In this document: piece by piece, positions 10,501 to 20,502 of the stretch
Numbering within the stretch: position 1 is the first letter of the stretch
How the letters are laid out: each line of letters starts with the position of its first letter
From: a virus
IMG/VR virus record: IMGVR_UViG_3300034082_004296
Coordinates: 112,211 to 176,210 of that record
Reading direction: 5' to 3' (one strand)
DNA length: 64,000 nt
Notes under the pieces: model-generated
Databases searched by the model: none
What the model saw: only the letters and a program-made list of their open reading frames with translations
What the model was told of the DNA's origin: nothing
Translations under genes and position numbers: made by a program

Positions 10501-13022
10501 CAGAATACGATTACTATAAAGAAAATGAAAGCCTAGATTTTGCTCTACTGTCTAAGGTGATACCATACATCACTAAATGGGGAATTAAGAACGGTAAAGA
10601 CTCTCGAGATAATCCGTATCGATTAAACACTGAATTGATATTTGGTAGAAATAATTTTTCTCCTGACCATGCAGACAGGTCTCAAAATCCTATTAATTTT
10701 ACGCATGAATGGTTTTACATAGAGAGCAAGTTTAATTATGTATATGATGAGAGCACTGCTGCACAAAACACAAGTTATTTTGATGTCCCACTCAATGAAT
10801 CGGCTCTTCTTTCTGATCCTGATTACTTTATCAACTATTTTACCTATACTCCAACCTCGTTAACAGGCAAAGAGATAGCTGATACTCAATTTAGATACTC
10901 ATCACTTTATAAAAATGCTGCAGACCAATATGAGGCTTTCTTTAAAGGCTTTAAGTTAACATTTAAAGACGTCACTGACCCTGCTGTTTTGGGAGCAGAT
11001 GGAAAACCTGTTGCAAAAGATATTACTGCAAGGTTTGATGGATATAGGTTTAGCTGCATCTTAAAACCAGTATTAGAAGACATTAACGATCATACTAAGC
11101 CTCCAATAAGATATAGAGTAGTCGAACATAAAGATTACAAATTCATACTAGTAATCATAGAAATATTCATAGGAAGCCTCTCTGAAATAGACGATTATTG
11201 GAAAGATTCTAGTTTATTTGGTACCACTCAAGTCAGCACATCTAATTTTACAGCCCTGACTCCAAGCTCAGTAGAGTACTTTGACAGTGTTAATGGAGAC
11301 TATCGATTATCATTTAACCAAGTATCTAACTTAACTCACACTCTTCTCTATTCCCTAAAGAATAAGAAATACAATACACTATTGAATTCTTTTTCCAATA
11401 TTAAAATGGGTTCAAAGCTTAACATTACTCCTACTGGATTCAATGGAGCTAACTATACTATTCGCGCATTAGCTAATGCAAACACCCCAAATTATGTAGG
11501 ATCATTGACTGACGATGTCATCAACCCTACCGATTCTACCCTAATCTTTATAAAAGATCTTAGTACTAATTTTGATATCTTTGTGTGTGGACTAGTAAGC
11601 TTTGTTCCAACTGTTCCATTGATTAATCCAATAGATTATTCTCTAGAAAAGTTTGTACACTACGATGGCATAAACTATGGAGTTGGACTAGTACTACCTT
11701 CCCTAGCACTATATGGAATACTTCCAACAAGTACCGTTTCCTTTATCAATCAGAATTTTGCTTTTAAAGTAATGACTGGTGGAGAAAAATACTTTGAAAA
11801 ACTAATTGAAAAGATCTCATTTGCAAAGTTTAAAAAATACATTAATGAGCTAGACAATATCATAGAATATTCTTCGTACTCTCTTAACTCTGCCGGAGTC
11901 TCTGTTCTTAATCCTAATCCTAACTTTTATCTAGAGGTACTTGACGTTAGTTACATTGAAAAACAAAATCAATTAATAACTAACTTTACTGAGAGCATAC
12001 CTATCCAGTTTTCTGGACAAGATGAAATCGGTACAGATTACGAAGTAGCAGATCTTCCAGTAAAATATGAACTAAACAGATATAAGGGAGAATACGAACC
12101 AGTCGTTCGAAACTACTCTATTTACCAATCAAATTATAAGTTTACCAAAAACGCAATAAATGATCTTTCTTTAAGTAACACTAAGATAAATCCAGAAGTT
12201 TCCAATTTTCTGACTATTCAAAACTTTAATCATATTAAAGTAGCAGACACTCAGGTTTTAGTTTTAGAGTCTGACGAATCATACCTACCGATTTATCCTA
12301 AGATAAGCGAAGTTGCAATCGGTCAAGGAGAATATTTCCTACTTCGAGGTAACTGGGATTGGGGATTCCACTACAAGTATTCAAATAAGGAACAGTATTC
12401 TCCGGTGTCTGGTGCACTGCGAATAGAAGAAGATGATTCATTCTTAGCTAAATTGATAAACTTGCCTGAGATAATAGAACTTAACGATTTTAATATCGAG
12501 TTTATTGATCCTGCAATAGAGTTTAAATCAGTAGATATATCCAAAGTAGAGATAGTTGCTAAGGAGACTCCTAATGCAGTAGAGGGAATTATCAACGTAA
12601 ATAATGTTCTTACTCGATTCCTGATTGAGGATGGGATTGATGCAAAATTTAACGAGTATCTAATAAACTCAAACCAGTATATTGGAAACTTTACCAGTAT
12701 TTCTGATCCAGACATAAATGTTTCTTCGTATGTTAGGGAATACATAAAACTTAATATTTTAAAGTTGTATGATATTGATATAAATGCCTTTTATGCAAAA
12801 GAAGATACTACATTAGTGTCAACTAATCAACAGGCTGGCGCAAATCCAAACGCAATAGAATTTGTTTTCCTGGATGATAAGAAACGCTTTACTCAAGGTT
12901 ACAATATATTAAAGTCATTGCAAATAAATAAAAAAGATAAGTTGATACTCCAATTTAGTTTCTTAAAGAAACCAGGTACTGGTCTATTAATAAGTCCAAA
13001 GATAAAAATTAAATTCATCTAA
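7581..13022 (+). CDS. Very large virion structural protein (baseplate wedge-like)
   Basis: 1813 aa; inserted beta module (SHGYETNDLIVI...TVIDPNNFEY) and a GSGY module typical of T4-like structural proteins. Confidence 0.6.
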   Translation: MSNRDINYVKLLTEDSSFQLVRTNPKLTGNVKITINESGNLWLESIKANPELSKDLYSKVPINTAQSHPANLLRFFNNGSTPNEIIFDLNEQVNATKTSKNFKDQYDFSHYFSGAKYLASNKYTERMSYFAPLYLKEEVPDYFIIFKIDDPANFPLDQVKQNYISGETKTDYLIDLFTRASIIKTFDIRAETIPGKYLRDYINNVNFPTSPLTVLYEEDDFTTWNGILINEGIFGSRGELINSLYTSSQPLKFFEENITNGFSRNGVIFPNILNLEFVFNDDSSNKYDFNRYLGMYVNAIELTKLDIDLDRAYLNRGTWENEPHFRKRFLETDEAFLTQSNPDGVIVPFKNSEVKFSDFSRTFVDSDNLFINYISDKDSRLYMPKLTNPFSIEYEPLKTVSLSAIGALVNANITSHGYETNDLIVIDSIDSEYSGEFLITVIDPNNFEYTVSSAPVNPTSTGTSKKELSTGQFRFANNKIDLGLFFGQSRKNFLQDIGTATKVAGKSHAVIKINYAGRVSQFNLSSAGTSYIGSTGVTTTGGSGTGLTLDLIDNGAGGILSATIDQPGSGYQVGDVITIDGGNNNATITVSAVINASLDNYDEIKIYHPNGTQIDSIGKYDLIVSTQLYPLIPNPGEYYVYNDYDNVLGYDEFYMNGGGTASQIASALAGCINGIRSRTFTAYQYDDRVFIKANSPGDFDQLHKISFFSPVNEYSVITINSTNTGSALIGSVFSFMGGSKETGNRLIIDAGHLSKIETNLDSILVKSSDSWSKIRKVSQWVDEITETNSTTQALRSKAVSEYDGKIAIVLEENETPTISNKEFLMKPKFRPSFGLLSFYLIKDLDFDFYSSTYTNFPIIDLYQHYFIPEGMDLLEPGIDYIVYNGSILTEGTTYPANSTFTVSTITSYSVVTGTPLVTYDPSTTSSVIPVNDENKELKSFDGFSILKDPSKIVQQDTSNEYIFKTKYLNGLTDTEYDYYKENESLDFALLSKVIPYITKWGIKNGKDSRDNPYRLNTELIFGRNNFSPDHADRSQNPINFTHEWFYIESKFNYVYDESTAAQNTSYFDVPLNESALLSDPDYFINYFTYTPTSLTGKEIADTQFRYSSLYKNAADQYEAFFKGFKLTFKDVTDPAVLGADGKPVAKDITARFDGYRFSCILKPVLEDINDHTKPPIRYRVVEHKDYKFILVIIEIFIGSLSEIDDYWKDSSLFGTTQVSTSNFTALTPSSVEYFDSVNGDYRLSFNQVSNLTHTLLYSLKNKKYNTLLNSFSNIKMGSKLNITPTGFNGANYTIRALANANTPNYVGSLTDDVINPTDSTLIFIKDLSTNFDIFVCGLVSFVPTVPLINPIDYSLEKFVHYDGINYGVGLVLPSLALYGILPTSTVSFINQNFAFKVMTGGEKYFEKLIEKISFAKFKKYINELDNIIEYSSYSLNSAGVSVLNPNPNFYLEVLDVSYIEKQNQLITNFTESIPIQFSGQDEIGTDYEVADLPVKYELNRYKGEYEPVVRNYSIYQSNYKFTKNAINDLSLSNTKINPEVSNFLTIQNFNHIKVADTQVLVLESDESYLPIYPKISEVAIGQGEYFLLRGNWDWGFHYKYSNKEQYSPVSGALRIEEDDSFLAKLINLPEIIELNDFNIEFIDPAIEFKSVDISKVEIVAKETPNAVEGIINVNNVLTRFLIEDGIDAKFNEYLINSNQYIGNFTSISDPDINVSSYVREYIKLNILKLYDIDINAFYAKEDTTLVSTNQQAGANPNAIEFVFLDDKKRFTQGYNILKSLQINKKDKLILQFSFLKKPGTGLLISPKIKIKFI

Positions 13023-13023
13023 G

Positions 13024-15750
13024 ATGCCAATTAGAATAAACCTAAAGGAAATATTTTCGTCAGATCCTCAAGAGATATTAGTCGATAAGTTAAACTTTAA
13101 CTATAACAAGTTGCTTGAGCTTGGCGTGGGTACTCCAGGACCAACTGGCTTGACTGGACCACAAGGACCAGCCGGACCGATTGGATTAGTTGGACCTCAA
13201 GGAGATCGTGGAGCTACTTGGTGGGTTGATTCAGGGGATCCAAATACTCTTACTTTTACTGGATTAATTGACGGTGATCTCTATCTTGATCAGACATCCA
13301 ACGTTTTTCAAGTTTGGAAATATGATGATGGAACCAGTACATGGGTAACAGTAGTGAGTATTGCTGCCATTGTGACCTCATATCTAAGTAGCTTATCGAA
13401 CATTCCATTTGAGACAGTCACTACTTTTCAGGCTCCAGGATCGACTGCAGTAAATAAGTTTATCTTATTTGATAAACGAGACGATTATGTAGCTGATACC
13501 ACTCGAGGTACTGCTAACGTTTCCCTTAACAATATGTTATTCCTAAATAACTTTGATGAGACTGATGTTACATATCCGATCTTGGGTCAAGACCAATACA
13601 ATTCTCTACTTTCAATATTTCCTGCGCATGATGATACGCAAGATTCAGGTAGAGCTCAATCTGGTAGATACCATATTGAAATGGGATCCCTTTATATGGA
13701 CAGCGATGTGTTGCCAGTAGGTACCATAAAATACAGTGATCTTAAGCATAACCTAAAAGCTAAGTTTTATAAGCAATATGTGGATCCAATACTTCCACCA
13801 CAGCTTCCAGCAACTAATACATGGATCAATACTGCTAGGTTTTCTCTTTCCTATACTGAGAGTCAGTCTTTGCTAGACATAGATCAAAATGCTGTATTTG
13901 AGTTTCTTTTTCCAAAGTGGAATAGCGAGAATCCATCGATCGGTGGTGTTACTTCATGGACAGCTGACGGTTTAGGTACAGGTTATACTACTGCAACTGG
14001 TGTTGCTACAACAAGTGCAGGTGGAGGTACTGGCTTAACCGTAAACATAACGGCCGTCTTAGGTGCAATCACAGCAGTCATAGTAAATAATCTTGGCTCA
14101 GGATATGAAGTCGGAGATATAGTTACGATTAATGGAGGCTCAACTAGTGAATCATTAACTATCACATCAGTTATTTTACCTGTGCAAGAAGAGTTATCCG
14201 TTGTGCTTAGTTCAGCTGAGGCAATTGTTGAACGTAGCCCAGCTCACACTCATATAGTAGCAGACGGTATTCACGTTTCAACTAAAAGTTCTTCTATAAA
14301 TGCTACTCTAGGTTTAGCTCTAGACTATTCAAGTTTAAATGCTAAGCTTGATGCTAAGAATCACCTAATGTTAGACTCTAATTCTGGAGTAGATGGAGTG
14401 ATTCTTCTAAATAAAGGCACTTTTGTTAATGGCGACGCGAATATTGTCGATGGATTAGCCATTGGTTCAGGATACGAAGATTTAACTGCACCCGCAAATA
14501 GCTTAATTGTTGAAGGTAAGGTAGGAATCGGGATAGCTACTCCAGATGCCAATACTAAGCACCATATATATGAAACAGGTTCAGCTATAATTAAAATAAC
14601 CTCTCTTACTCAACTTGATTCTCTTTCTTTTTCAGGCTTTATTAAATTTCTTGCAGTCGATGCGATATCGATTAATGATATTTCTGGATCACCTACCGTT
14701 GTTTTACAAAACAATTCTTTTACTGGAAATAACGCAATTAGTAGTTTTACAGGAAATAATCTTGATTTTTCTAGTACTCTTTCATCTCATACATTTAGTG
14801 GAACTCAATTTTGTGGAAATAAGATCAGCCTGCTGAATTCTTCAGATTTTACAACATTGTCGAGTGCTCTTGAGATCACCGGTAATCTTTTTACTCTTTC
14901 TCCAGTAATTACCTCATCATCCAATGGTAAAGTTTATGGAAATAAATTTGTTCTTCAACCGGATCTAAGTTCAGCAACTGGTGGCACAATTAGAGGAAAT
15001 CAAATAGAGATTACTAGCTATTCACCGAACTCTACTACTGAAATTAGAGGTACTCAAACAACAATTGAACAACTAATAGCTGATCCTCAAGGTATAACAT
15101 ATGGTAGTGTAACAAACATACAAGTAAACTCAAGCAATTCTTTATCTAGTGATCTTATCGGACAACAAATAAATGTAAATACTACAGGCGTATCTCTTCC
15201 TACTACCTCATATGGTTCCAGAATCATAATGGGAACTAATCTTCCATCACCCGGAACAGCATATGGTTATCATATAGTTGGCGCAACTGATAACTATGCT
15301 GAAGGGGCTTCTAGATTTAAAGGATCAGTCTCAATTAATAATAATGATTCTTATGTACAATACGTTAAAAATACTTGGACAGGTTGGGCAACTTGGGGAT
15401 TTAATGTAAATCTTGTAAACTTCTCATTTGCATTGGACGAGTCCGGTTTACCTACTGGTTTTGGTGGGACATATGCAACCAGTGGTGCACAAACGGCTGG
15501 CGGCACTACCGCAATATGGAGATTTAATCATCCCACGATCGATCCAAATAAAAGTACTTTACTTGCAACACCTAGGTTTGGAGGAGCAGGATCAGCGCCA
15601 TATGTCGGTAAAGTTGAATCAACTGGCTTAACGACCTTTTGTAGAATAACTGCTACTCAGTCATATATCATATTTACTAATATTGGTTCAACTGCTTGGA
15701 CAAATGACTCTCTAATAAGTTTTAGTTTTACATTAACTGAATGGGCATAA
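13024..15750 (+). CDS. Tail fibre protein with short collagen-like segment
   Basis: N-terminal DKLNFNY helix, (Gly-X-Y)n GTPGPTGLTGPQGPAGPIGLVGPQGDRG, GSGY module, GKVGIGIATP motif, beta-helix-like C-terminal half. Confidence 0.7.
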   Translation: MPIRINLKEIFSSDPQEILVDKLNFNYNKLLELGVGTPGPTGLTGPQGPAGPIGLVGPQGDRGATWWVDSGDPNTLTFTGLIDGDLYLDQTSNVFQVWKYDDGTSTWVTVVSIAAIVTSYLSSLSNIPFETVTTFQAPGSTAVNKFILFDKRDDYVADTTRGTANVSLNNMLFLNNFDETDVTYPILGQDQYNSLLSIFPAHDDTQDSGRAQSGRYHIEMGSLYMDSDVLPVGTIKYSDLKHNLKAKFYKQYVDPILPPQLPATNTWINTARFSLSYTESQSLLDIDQNAVFEFLFPKWNSENPSIGGVTSWTADGLGTGYTTATGVATTSAGGGTGLTVNITAVLGAITAVIVNNLGSGYEVGDIVTINGGSTSESLTITSVILPVQEELSVVLSSAEAIVERSPAHTHIVADGIHVSTKSSSINATLGLALDYSSLNAKLDAKNHLMLDSNSGVDGVILLNKGTFVNGDANIVDGLAIGSGYEDLTAPANSLIVEGKVGIGIATPDANTKHHIYETGSAIIKITSLTQLDSLSFSGFIKFLAVDAISINDISGSPTVVLQNNSFTGNNAISSFTGNNLDFSSTLSSHTFSGTQFCGNKISLLNSSDFTTLSSALEITGNLFTLSPVITSSSNGKVYGNKFVLQPDLSSATGGTIRGNQIEITSYSPNSTTEIRGTQTTIEQLIADPQGITYGSVTNIQVNSSNSLSSDLIGQQINVNTTGVSLPTTSYGSRIIMGTNLPSPGTAYGYHIVGATDNYAEGASRFKGSVSINNNDSYVQYVKNTWTGWATWGFNVNLVNFSFALDESGLPTGFGGTYATSGAQTAGGTTAIWRFNHPTIDPNKSTLLATPRFGGAGSAPYVGKVESTGLTTFCRITATQSYIIFTNIGSTAWTNDSLISFSFTLTEWA

Positions 15751-15774
15751 AATATAAAAATAAAAAAATATAAA

Positions 15775-16095
15775 ATGGGACTAACTATAACAGATACTCT
15801 TTATACGAGTGCAGGATCTTCTACCGAAACCTACATAAACATTGAATCGGTCGAGCTTAAGAGAGATCAAGGGCTTTCAGTAAAACTAAACAATTATTTA
15901 GATCGAGCTTCTAGGGACCTTGATCCTAATTCAACTATCGTATGTAATAAGCTTTACTCAAGTGTTTTTATTCCTATTGAAAACGGGTCTCCAGAATTCG
16001 GTGAACTTATCACAACTGCAATACATGCTTTTGCTTACACTAAAATAAAAGATAAGTTAATTGTTGATGGTTTATCAGTAGTTGACGATCTTTAG
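15775..16095 (+). CDS. Small protein, possible tail fibre assembly/chaperone
   Basis: 106 aa immediately downstream of the fibre gene. Confidence 0.4.
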   Translation: MGLTITDTLYTSAGSSTETYINIESVELKRDQGLSVKLNNYLDRASRDLDPNSTIVCNKLYSSVFIPIENGSPEFGELITTAIHAFAYTKIKDKLIVDGLSVVDDL

Positions 16096-16892
16096 TCGAT
16101 CCACTGATTTAAAGTAAAAGGCATAAGTCGTTCTTCGACCAGTAATCCATTCATCTCGTTAATGATAGTGGGTTCAAACTTAATACCCTTAGCGATTCCT
16201 TTATTTAAAAGAATCGTGTCTTTAAGCACATGAGCCGCCATCTTTTCAGGAGGTCCCTCTAGGACAGCAAAGCAAACATTCCTATGTTCCTTCATCTTCT
16301 CTAATTCAGGCTCCTGAAGTTTATCCAATGCCTCCCTAAGAGCTTTTTCTTTTACTTCGTGAATCGTAACAGTCTTTATCTTCTTAAAGGAATGGCCCAA
16401 GTCTTTTTTACGGTCAATTGACAGCTTCCAAATAGAATACTTTTTACTTCCGACCTGATTAATCACTAGAAATATCTCAGGCTGTTCATGGATCATCTCA
16501 TTCATATAGAAGAAATCGATATTATCCATCACATCTAACTGTATGTCCATATAATCTAGCATGAGGTTTAGAAAAACATAATTAGCGTTTCTAAAGATCT
16601 CAACTATCTCTGCTTTTTTAGTGAAAACCTGTTTAAGCTCTGCTGTGATCTGTTTGATTCGTTCTCCTCTCAATGCAGGATGCATCTTAAAGTCTCGAAG
16701 GTTGCCCTCAATCGCCAACGTATTTAGATTTAGGCTATGAAAAAAGAGCTCATAAAAGTGTTCTAGATTACCTTCCTCTATGTCGTGTCGATACTTTTGA
16801 CCCGCTGCAAGCAAGACATAATTAAAGTATTCAGGGTCTAAATAAGATCCTTTAGTCAGCCATAATGGGTCTAAGATTCGTTTCTTTTTCAA
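16092..16892 (-). CDS. Hypothetical protein
   Basis: ORF track starts at 16925, but a minus-strand late box at 16909-16917 suggests a TTG start at 16892 (LKKKRILDPLW). Confidence 0.55.
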   Translation of the reverse strand: MKKKRILDPLWLTKGSYLDPEYFNYVLLAAGQKYRHDIEEGNLEHFYELFFHSLNLNTLAIEGNLRDFKMHPALRGERIKQITAELKQVFTKKAEIVEIFRNANYVFLNLMLDYMDIQLDVMDNIDFFYMNEMIHEQPEIFLVINQVGSKKYSIWKLSIDRKKDLGHSFKKIKTVTIHEVKEKALREALDKLQEPELEKMKEHRNVCFAVLEGPPEKMAAHVLKDTILLNKGIAKGIKFEPTIINEMNGLLVEERLMPFTLNQWID

Positions 16893-16955
16893 GATTTTTC
16901 TCTTTTTATTATTTATTTTACTCAAAATCCAATACCAGTTTAGGTAAAAAATTAA

Positions 16956-16964
16956 AATAAATAA
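16956..16964 (+). promoter_or_regulatory. Late box AATAAATAA (divergent partner at 16909-16917, - strand)
   Basis: Motif upstream of ATG 16986. Confidence 0.6.
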
Positions 16965-16985
16965 ACTAAATAAGAACCAGCCTCA

Positions 16986-19130
16986 ATGGTTAAAACTACT
17001 GTAAAACTATTAATCGATCCTCAAAACAGCTCGCTGACCTTTAGTAAGAACTTTAGGATATTCTCGACTACTGAACCCATCACTGGGATAATCGAATTTA
17101 CTGATTTTGTTGAAGATCTAATAATCGATACTCCAAACACGCTAGACCTAAATGACTTGAGTCGAAAGTTTAGATATTCTAGAAACAGACTTGACTGGTC
17201 TCTTTGGTATGAAGTTGAACCAGGAAACCTTGGCGATGCTGCCGGTATACTATTGGATGAACATGATGAGTTTTATTTTGAAGTCAAGTATGAATATGAC
17301 GATGGAACATCAGATTTTATGTCCACTCCAATCCAGATCAACGAGATCAAGTTAAGGTTTAGACAAGCTGCACAAGTGGCAAATACTTACACTCCACAAG
17401 TGATATGCAGCGACGAGCTTTGTACGTCAATCATACAGAACAGGGATCCTAGCTTTAGACCATATAACGTCGATAGTGCGATAGGCATGTTTCAGGAGCT
17501 TTCATTCTTTACTAACCAACTATACGGTCACCAAGTAGTATACTTTAGGACTCTTCCAGAATCAGACAGCGGTGACTTTGTTTTTAAAGAATGGACTCTT
17601 TATAAAAACGTGGACCGCAAGTGTATCAAGGTAATGGTAAAAGACAACGCCTTTCCGGATAACGTGCCCAAGTTTACAGAATTTGGAATCGATTTTCAAT
17701 TACCTTTTGAGGTAGAGATCGATCATAAATATTTTCAGTCCATCTTTGGAGTCAATTCTGAGCCTAGAAAAAGAGACTTTCTCTACTTTCCTCTCTTAAA
17801 TCGAATGTTTGAGATCCAAGGATCTTATCTACATCGTGGTTTCATGATGGCACCGACCTTTTGGAAGATTCAGCTCAAGAAGTACAATCCAAACATCGAT
17901 ATGTTACTCACTGATGAGACTCGGACTTTCCTAGATAACGTGATACTTAGTGCTGAAAATCTATTTGGGGATGAAGTCACTAAAGACATTAAGGACGGAA
18001 CCATGCCAGAACAATATAAAAAGATCACAACGACCTTTGATTCCTCTAGAAAGTCTCTACATCCAGACCTGATTCAGCGTCCTCTCAAGTACACATACAA
18101 TTTTTCTCCTCTGATTGAAAACTACTATGATCTTGGAGCAATCTTGCCGAGCGATCTTACTGTTGAGCTGACTAATGATTCACCAGTCATATCGACAACA
18201 CAACAAATATTCAACTTACCTAACCTTGATAACATTCCTACTTCCCCGAACGAAGTCATCTTGGCATATCAGGACAGCTACTTATATCTTACTTGGAAGA
18301 ATGGAGCCCTAATGACCAATGATAAAAATGTCGGCGGCGTTACTACTCGATATGTTAGAGTACGTGGGCCTTTCGATTCGATCGCAAATCATATCGGTGA
18401 AAACGATGAGGGTAGATACATCCGGATCGAGGCATATCGTGACACAAGCCTTAAGGCTCAGAAAAACATCCTATATAATAATAGCGGACCTGTCCCGACT
18501 GCTCAATTCAAGATCAGAGATACTGCTGTAGTCTATAACGCTCAACCTAAATTCGATGCAGTATCAAATAAGAATCTTTCTTTTACGTGTCTTTTCAACG
18601 TGCCAAGCTCAGCAGACACAATAAACTTTATTGATGGTTACGATAACGTTGATTCAAAAGGAATACGAATAACTTCTGCATTCACTAGATATAATTCTAC
18701 TCAACCTGAGGGAGACCTGGTCATCACAGTATTAGTAAATAACGTGACAAACACGTATACTATAAATAACTTTGTGAGTGATGTATGGCATGCGATGGTC
18801 ATTTCAATGTCAAATGAGTTTTTACAGTGTGGAGCATACGTCTATCGTATCAAAGAGGATCCAAGTGACTTGGTCAACCATAACGATTTTATTAGGATTC
18901 TCTCAACAACCTCTTCTTTTGCTCAACAGACCTTTGACTTGACCCAAAACTATACTCTACCTAGTTCCAAGATCTTGATAACTAACATACGAGTGTTTAA
19001 TACCATGTTGAGGGAGGAGGAGCATGACTTTATATTGAGCCAGCAGTTCCTAAAGGACGAGTCAATGTTGGTCTTGATAGATAACTGCAGACCTCAAACT
19101 AATTTGCCGTATATCGCTAAAAACCGATAA
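16986..19130 (+). CDS. Neck/head-closure protein (T4 gp14-like core) with N- and C-terminal extensions
   Basis: Central LYGHQVVYF...FGIDFQLPFEVEI...F...EPRKRDFLYFPLLNRMFEI...WKIQLKKY resembles gp14; C-terminal LamG-like beta domain; followed by a gp15-like gene. Confidence 0.65.
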   Translation: MVKTTVKLLIDPQNSSLTFSKNFRIFSTTEPITGIIEFTDFVEDLIIDTPNTLDLNDLSRKFRYSRNRLDWSLWYEVEPGNLGDAAGILLDEHDEFYFEVKYEYDDGTSDFMSTPIQINEIKLRFRQAAQVANTYTPQVICSDELCTSIIQNRDPSFRPYNVDSAIGMFQELSFFTNQLYGHQVVYFRTLPESDSGDFVFKEWTLYKNVDRKCIKVMVKDNAFPDNVPKFTEFGIDFQLPFEVEIDHKYFQSIFGVNSEPRKRDFLYFPLLNRMFEIQGSYLHRGFMMAPTFWKIQLKKYNPNIDMLLTDETRTFLDNVILSAENLFGDEVTKDIKDGTMPEQYKKITTTFDSSRKSLHPDLIQRPLKYTYNFSPLIENYYDLGAILPSDLTVELTNDSPVISTTQQIFNLPNLDNIPTSPNEVILAYQDSYLYLTWKNGALMTNDKNVGGVTTRYVRVRGPFDSIANHIGENDEGRYIRIEAYRDTSLKAQKNILYNNSGPVPTAQFKIRDTAVVYNAQPKFDAVSNKNLSFTCLFNVPSSADTINFIDGYDNVDSKGIRITSAFTRYNSTQPEGDLVITVLVNNVTNTYTINNFVSDVWHAMVISMSNEFLQCGAYVYRIKEDPSDLVNHNDFIRILSTTSSFAQQTFDLTQNYTLPSSKILITNIRVFNTMLREEEHDFILSQQFLKDESMLVLIDNCRPQTNLPYIAKNR

Positions 19131-19132
19131 TT

Positions 19133-19918
19133 ATGAAAATATCAAATAACGAAAACATCAGAAACGAGAACGTTCAGGATATATTCCTTAGGAACGCTAC
19201 TCTTACTATGCTTGATCTCCTAAACCGTCAGGTGATAATCGATCTAAAAAGAAACGATAAAGTCGAACAGTATGAGATTCCTTTCTTCTATAACTTTGGT
19301 GGGGACGAAGGCTTTATGAAGGACTTTTTTATTGACCTGCCGACTGACTGCAAGTATCCAAACCATGCAGAAGGAAACTATGAACAGATGCCCAGAGGAA
19401 TCGTCACTCTTTCTTCGTTTGCTATCAAACCATCAGATATCACAAATAAGTTTGTTCGAGGTAGTTTTAATCAAGAGATCCGGGATGAAAACGATCAAAA
19501 AATGCTAAAGGCTTTTTCGGCTAGGCTTTTTACTCTACCGATGGCCTTGACCTTCAATATCAAGATAGAGAGCGATAACATCAATAAGACATTCAAGATC
19601 ATGGAAAAGATCTTTGATTTTTATTATAAGAATCAGGTAAGATATTTCCAATTTAGAGGGGTCAGAGTGCCAGCACAAATAACTTTTCCGGAAACTGCAC
19701 AGTTCACCAAGAGTTATAGCTTTGTGTACAGCGATGCAAACATCGTTAGCATCTCGCTTGACCTAAACATGGAGACTTACTTTCCTAGCTTTGACGATCA
19801 CTCTAAGATGTATAAAGGCAACACAATTAAGCAGTTTAATCTTCGTGAAACCACAGGAGGAGATGATAGTGCGATCAGCGATAGTTGGATAGACCAAGAT
19901 TACCCACCGGCTGAATAA
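19133..19918 (+). CDS. Tail sheath stabiliser/terminator (T4 gp15-like)
   Basis: IPFFY, MPRGIVTL and LPMALTFNIKI...IMEKIFDFY segments; synteny after gp14-like gene. Confidence 0.65.
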   Translation: MKISNNENIRNENVQDIFLRNATLTMLDLLNRQVIIDLKRNDKVEQYEIPFFYNFGGDEGFMKDFFIDLPTDCKYPNHAEGNYEQMPRGIVTLSSFAIKPSDITNKFVRGSFNQEIRDENDQKMLKAFSARLFTLPMALTFNIKIESDNINKTFKIMEKIFDFYYKNQVRYFQFRGVRVPAQITFPETAQFTKSYSFVYSDANIVSISLDLNMETYFPSFDDHSKMYKGNTIKQFNLRETTGGDDSAISDSWIDQDYPPAE

Positions 19919-19922
19919 ATAA
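19914..19922 (+). promoter_or_regulatory. Late box AATAAATAA
   Basis: 7 nt upstream of ATG 19930. Confidence 0.6.
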
Positions 19923-19929
19923 TATTAGC

Positions 19930-20502
19930 ATGGAAGCAAGAATAAAAAGTTTTAGTCAGTTTATTGGAGAGTCTAGGATCTCAGAAAGCCTTCATTATCA
20001 CATCGATAATGGGATAAGCATTGCCGAGTCAGTATTTAGGCCAGGATCGGACTCTCACATTCAACTCCTGACCGAGGCTCGAAAAAGTTTTTATGACGGT
20101 TTACTTATACTTGGAGTGCACGATCGTCGACTATTTGAATCGACTGATCTTGGTCTTACTGGAATATTTAACGGAGTTGTGGTCCCATTAGATCTTCCAT
20201 TGGAAAACATTGACCTTAATGAGGAGAAGTCTCCTCGATTAGGCTATCCTAAGCGGGGAGGAGCCAAGAAATATCACGTTTATGTGAGAAACCCCAAAAC
20301 AAAAAAAATAATTAAGATCGCGTTTGGTGATGTGCATGGAGGACTCACAGCAAAGGTGTCCAATCCAAAAGCCAGAAAGTCATTTGCTGCTCGACACAAC
20401 TGTGCTGAGAAGAAAGACCGAACTAAAGCTGGATATTGGGCATGTCGCATCAATCGCTACGCTCACCTATGGGGCGGAAAAACTTATCCTGGATTTTGGT
20501 AA
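19930..20502 (+). CDS. Putative capsid-internal protein with basic C-terminal domain
   Basis: N-terminal tag IKSFSQFIGE; C-terminal KKYHVYV...FGD...NPKARKSFAARHNC...AGYWAC domain common in large phages. Confidence 0.6.
   Translation: MEARIKSFSQFIGESRISESLHYHIDNGISIAESVFRPGSDSHIQLLTEARKSFYDGLLILGVHDRRLFESTDLGLTGIFNGVVVPLDLPLENIDLNEEKSPRLGYPKRGGAKKYHVYVRNPKTKKIIKIAFGDVHGGLTAKVSNPKARKSFAARHNCAEKKDRTKAGYWACRINRYAHLWGGKTYPGFW

Noticed and set aside
20436-20501. ORF-track N-terminal extensions (20436, 38615, 61128, 61818, 16925)
   Set aside because: They overlap upstream genes or promoter boxes; downstream starts fit translational coupling and motif positions better
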